From: Candidatus Latescibacterota bacterium
GTDB taxonomy: Bacteria > Latescibacterota > UBA2968 > UBA8231
Length of the DNA: 64,000 bases
NCBI GenBank assembly: GCA_965248265.1
Contig: CBDFJF010000002.1
Coordinates: 3,584,001-3,648,000, forward strand
Direction of reading: 5' to 3'
The first letter of the stretch is position 1; each line of letters opens with the position of its first letter. Made by a program: the position numbers and the translations under genes. Shown piece after piece: positions 61,198 through 64,000 of the stretch. The notes beneath the pieces were generated by a model. That model had not been told where the DNA came from. It ran no database searches and saw only the letters and a program-made list of their open reading frames with translations.

Positions 61198-62171
61198 TCA
61201 ATCAACCTGTCTCTCGTTCATGGCGAGCATCCGAAAGGCGCTGCCATAGTCATGCAGACTCATCGTCAGCATCAACGTCTGCATACAGAAGCGCCGCGGC
61301 CATGTCCACCGGCGCGACAGATTTTCATCAGGGGTCAGCGCATGGAGAAAGCGAGCCAGTCGGCCCTTTCCAGTATTCGGCCACTCGCCGTCGGGCAGTC
61401 GCGACCGGTAGGAATCCAGCATGTCGCGGAGGTACATCGGGAAGGAATTCACGGGGACCAGGCCTCCTCTTTGTGCCACGTCAATAGTCTCGACAGCGTG
61501 AATGAATCTCTGTAAAGGACCCCGTACATGTCGTACAACTTGGCCTCGAACGAAATCGCCACTCCCTCTCGAGTGGAGGGTAACTCTGATCCTCGCGCGA
61601 ACAACCGTCGAGCCCAGGCGATGCGCCTCTCGACATCATCTCCGGCCAGACGGTCGAGCAGATCGCACTGCAGGTTGTAGACGAAATGACCGTAGGAGTT
61701 GTAGATGAACGTGCACAGGTAACCGCCCGGTTTCAGGGCTCGCGACAGATTGCGAAAGGCGTGACGGGTGTCGGGCGTATGGTGAATACAACCCAGGCTT
61801 GACACGTAGTCGAACTCCCGATCCGGCATGGCATCGTCATCCAACACCGACTCAACTCGGAATTCGACATTGTCGATTCCGGCATCCATGGCAGCCTGGC
61901 GTGCGTACTCGATCGAACCTTCGCTGGAGTCCACTCCGACGACTCTTTCCGCACCGAGTTGCGCCAGGAACAGCGTCTCTTCCCCTGTCCCACAACCGAC
62001 ATCCAACACCGATTTGCCTCGAAAGAACTCATCTACATCGAGTCCCAGGCGGCCGTAAACGTAGCGGCGATGGCGCACGTACGTGGCCATGTCGTCCGGA
62101 TCCAGGCGAGGATAGCGCAAACGCGTGTACATCTGCCGCGTACGATCCTCGCGGATATTCCGCTCGCTCAT
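61198..62171 (-). CDS. Class I SAM-dependent methyltransferase (1-nt deletion near 61463)
   Basis: VLDVGCGTGE, FDYVSSLGCIHHTPD, LKPGG; adding one G gives ..KEEGLVPVNSFP.. and joins ORF 61198-61479. Confidence 0.82.
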
Positions 62172-62172
62172 T

Positions 62173-63312
62173 TTAATCCTCCCCACGACCGGCCACAATT
62201 TCCTTCAGACTCCGGCGTATCGAATTCATGTTCTTCGCACCCAGCGAAGACAGTCGTGCCAGACCACCCCACCAACCAGCGTCGAACACTTCCGTCCGCA
62301 GCACTCTGCGCAACCGGCGAATCTCATGCGCACGCACCTGGGCAGCCCAAAAGCGGTCATAGCGATCGGCATGCAGTTGGCGGGAATACTCATCAAGGCG
62401 ATCCAGTACGTTCTGCTTCGACGTCCCACGCACCTCCTGCACGATACAATCATCCGCCATCGTCACTGGAATGACGTGCTCGATGCGTGCCTTGCCAGAA
62501 CTCACTTCAAAGGTAAGCAACAACGATTCACGAGATTCCTCGTCGAATGCCAGTTGCTGGTCCTCGTAATCGGGAAACAGAAAGTTGCCCAGACTGTAGC
62601 AGATCACACCGTCATTCCACTCCTCGATGCCCTGAATGGCATGGGGATGATGACCGATAATGATCCGCGCCCCCCAGTCCACGATATCGTGGGCAAGATC
62701 GAGGTGCGAGGGTGGCGGAAAGTGGATGTACTCTTTTCCCCAATGCAGGGATACGATGATACAATCCACTCGCTCGGCCAGCTCCTTCACATCCTGTTCA
62801 ATCATCACGCTCTCCAGCGGAGCCACGCCGGCATTCGTCGCCGATGCCGGTAAGGCCCCGACCCACGGATGAGTGGAGGCGTAGGACAGAAACCCGAGAT
62901 CGAGTCCGTTTCGCTGGATCACGACCGCCTCGCGGGCGCTGTTGATATCTTCGCCGGCTCCGACTGCTGCTATCTCCAGGCGGCTGAGCTCTGATTGTGC
63001 CAGTGCGAGCCCCTCGGCTCCAAAGTCGAGACTGTGGTTGTTGGCCTGAGATACGATCTGGATGCCCATCTGCTCCAGCAACTTCAACTGGCCGGCAGAG
63101 GCGCTGACCAGATACTCAGCAGGATTTGGCGGTACGCCATCCGTGCCGGAGCAAGTGCAATCCAGGTTGGCAATCGCGAGATCGCTCTGGCGCAGATGTT
63201 CGAGAACTTCTCTCGAACCGGACACGAAGCCATCGCCATGGCTCTCGAGACTCCCACCCAGGGCCAGGTCGCCGACGGCGCACAAACGAACCGATGTTGT
63301 GGTTTCGTCCAT
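62173..63312 (-). CDS. CapA/PgsA-family metallophosphatase-fold protein
   Basis: AVGD, ANLD, ANNHSLDFG, SLHWGKEY, IIGHHPH, YSLGNF. Confidence 0.9.
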   Translation of the reverse strand: MDETTTSVRLCAVGDLALGGSLESHGDGFVSGSREVLEHLRQSDLAIANLDCTCSGTDGVPPNPAEYLVSASAGQLKLLEQMGIQIVSQANNHSLDFGAEGLALAQSELSRLEIAAVGAGEDINSAREAVVIQRNGLDLGFLSYASTHPWVGALPASATNAGVAPLESVMIEQDVKELAERVDCIIVSLHWGKEYIHFPPPSHLDLAHDIVDWGARIIIGHHPHAIQGIEEWNDGVICYSLGNFLFPDYEDQQLAFDEESRESLLLTFEVSSGKARIEHVIPVTMADDCIVQEVRGTSKQNVLDRLDEYSRQLHADRYDRFWAAQVRAHEIRRLRRVLRTEVFDAGWWGGLARLSSLGAKNMNSIRRSLKEIVAGRGED

Positions 63313-64000
63313 TAGTCCATGAAGCGCCTGAACCACAACTCGGTGGTCACCAGTGACTGAATAACGGTGAATAGCGGAGCACCTCGATCGACAAAGCCGA
63401 TCAGGCGATCGACGCCTTTGCGGTCGATCAAACCGCGACTCGAAGTGCGTGGATCTCGCAACACGCCTTCATAGACGGCTCGGTACTGTGCATCCTTTCT
63501 GAAACGCCGGTTGAGGTCACCGTGATGCCCGCGGTCAAGCCGCCCACCGCTGATCTTGAACAGGGAGTACTGTCCCAGGGTCCGCAGAGCCAGTTTCTCT
63601 GAGAGCTGGTCCCTCAAGCGCTTTCCCTTTCGAAGAGGGCGGTCGGTCTTCGCCCAAGGAACCGATGCCGCCTCGGGGTAGCGCTGCTCGATCAGGGCAC
63701 GCAGAAAAGCGGCCTCTCCCTTGTACCGTGGAGGCAGGCGCAGGCAGAAGTCGACGAGGTCGTAGTCGAGCCCCGGATAGGCGTACTCGACGAACTGACG
63801 CTGCACGTTCGGCAGAGCGGCCGAGTATCGGTTGCTGCGGTTCTTCAATGAGAAGCGGTAGATGAAGCTGCTGATGTCGTCGTCAGGGGCCAGGTGCTGC
63901 ATTCCGGCCTCAATGCTGGCGAGATTGGCCTCTTCGTACTCTTGATAGAACTCCGGCAGAAACGCCGACTTGATGAAGAACGGTCGGGCCCGGCGCCAAA
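63312..64000 (-). CDS. Asparagine-synthase-like amidotransferase, C-terminal part (runs off the window)
   Basis: YPGLDYDLVDFCLRLP..YK, VPWAKT, TTELWFRRF. Confidence 0.7.
   Translation of the reverse strand, partial: WRRARPFFIKSAFLPEFYQEYEEANLASIEAGMQHLAPDDDISSFIYRFSLKNRSNRYSAALPNVQRQFVEYAYPGLDYDLVDFCLRLPPRYKGEAAFLRALIEQRYPEAASVPWAKTDRPLRKGKRLRDQLSEKLALRTLGQYSLFKISGGRLDRGHHGDLNRRFRKDAQYRAVYEGVLRDPRTSSRGLIDRKGVDRLIGFVDRGAPLFTVIQSLVTTELWFRRFMD

Noticed and set aside
41371-61464. Programmed ribosomal frameshifting or phase variation
   Set aside because: The sites lack slippery heptamers or long homopolymer/SSR tracts; runs are only 1-2 nt.
62173-63312. Poly-gamma-glutamate capsule locus
   Set aside because: CapA-family gene only; no capB/capC in the window.

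Overview
GC-rich bacterial chromosome segment, possibly FCB group such as Latescibacterota (inferred from gene content only). Left end (0.3-11.4 kb): an unusual operon (2xUSP + rubredoxin-like + 3xPCP_red protein, an Mrp ATPase, a Zn-ribbon/PCP_red protein), then DUF420, an IS3 scar, and an A1-type heme-copper oxidase operon with a hidden 36-aa membrane ORF and an amicyanin-like copper protein. Middle: housekeeping and sugar-catabolic genes (ppgK, ald, argG, mdh, thrB, hemW, lepA), tRNA-Lys, tRNA-Tyr, an orphan MotA/ExbB-like pair, Wzz/SLBB export genes, a perfect sigma-28 promoter and an FlgM-like gene. Right 24.5 kb: one tightly coupled minus-strand operon with NINE diverged TMTC-like (GT-C + TPR) glycosyltransferase paralogues, an ArnT/PMT-like GT-C, two GT4s, a methyltransferase, CapA and an Asn-synthase-like gene. 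This is the best candidate for an undescribed system (a paralogue-array protein/surface glycosylation machine). Five genes there, and probably one more elsewhere, are broken by single-base deletions that look like sequencing errors. No CRISPR array, rRNA or intact mobile element was seen. All calls come from motif recognition by eye; no searches were run.
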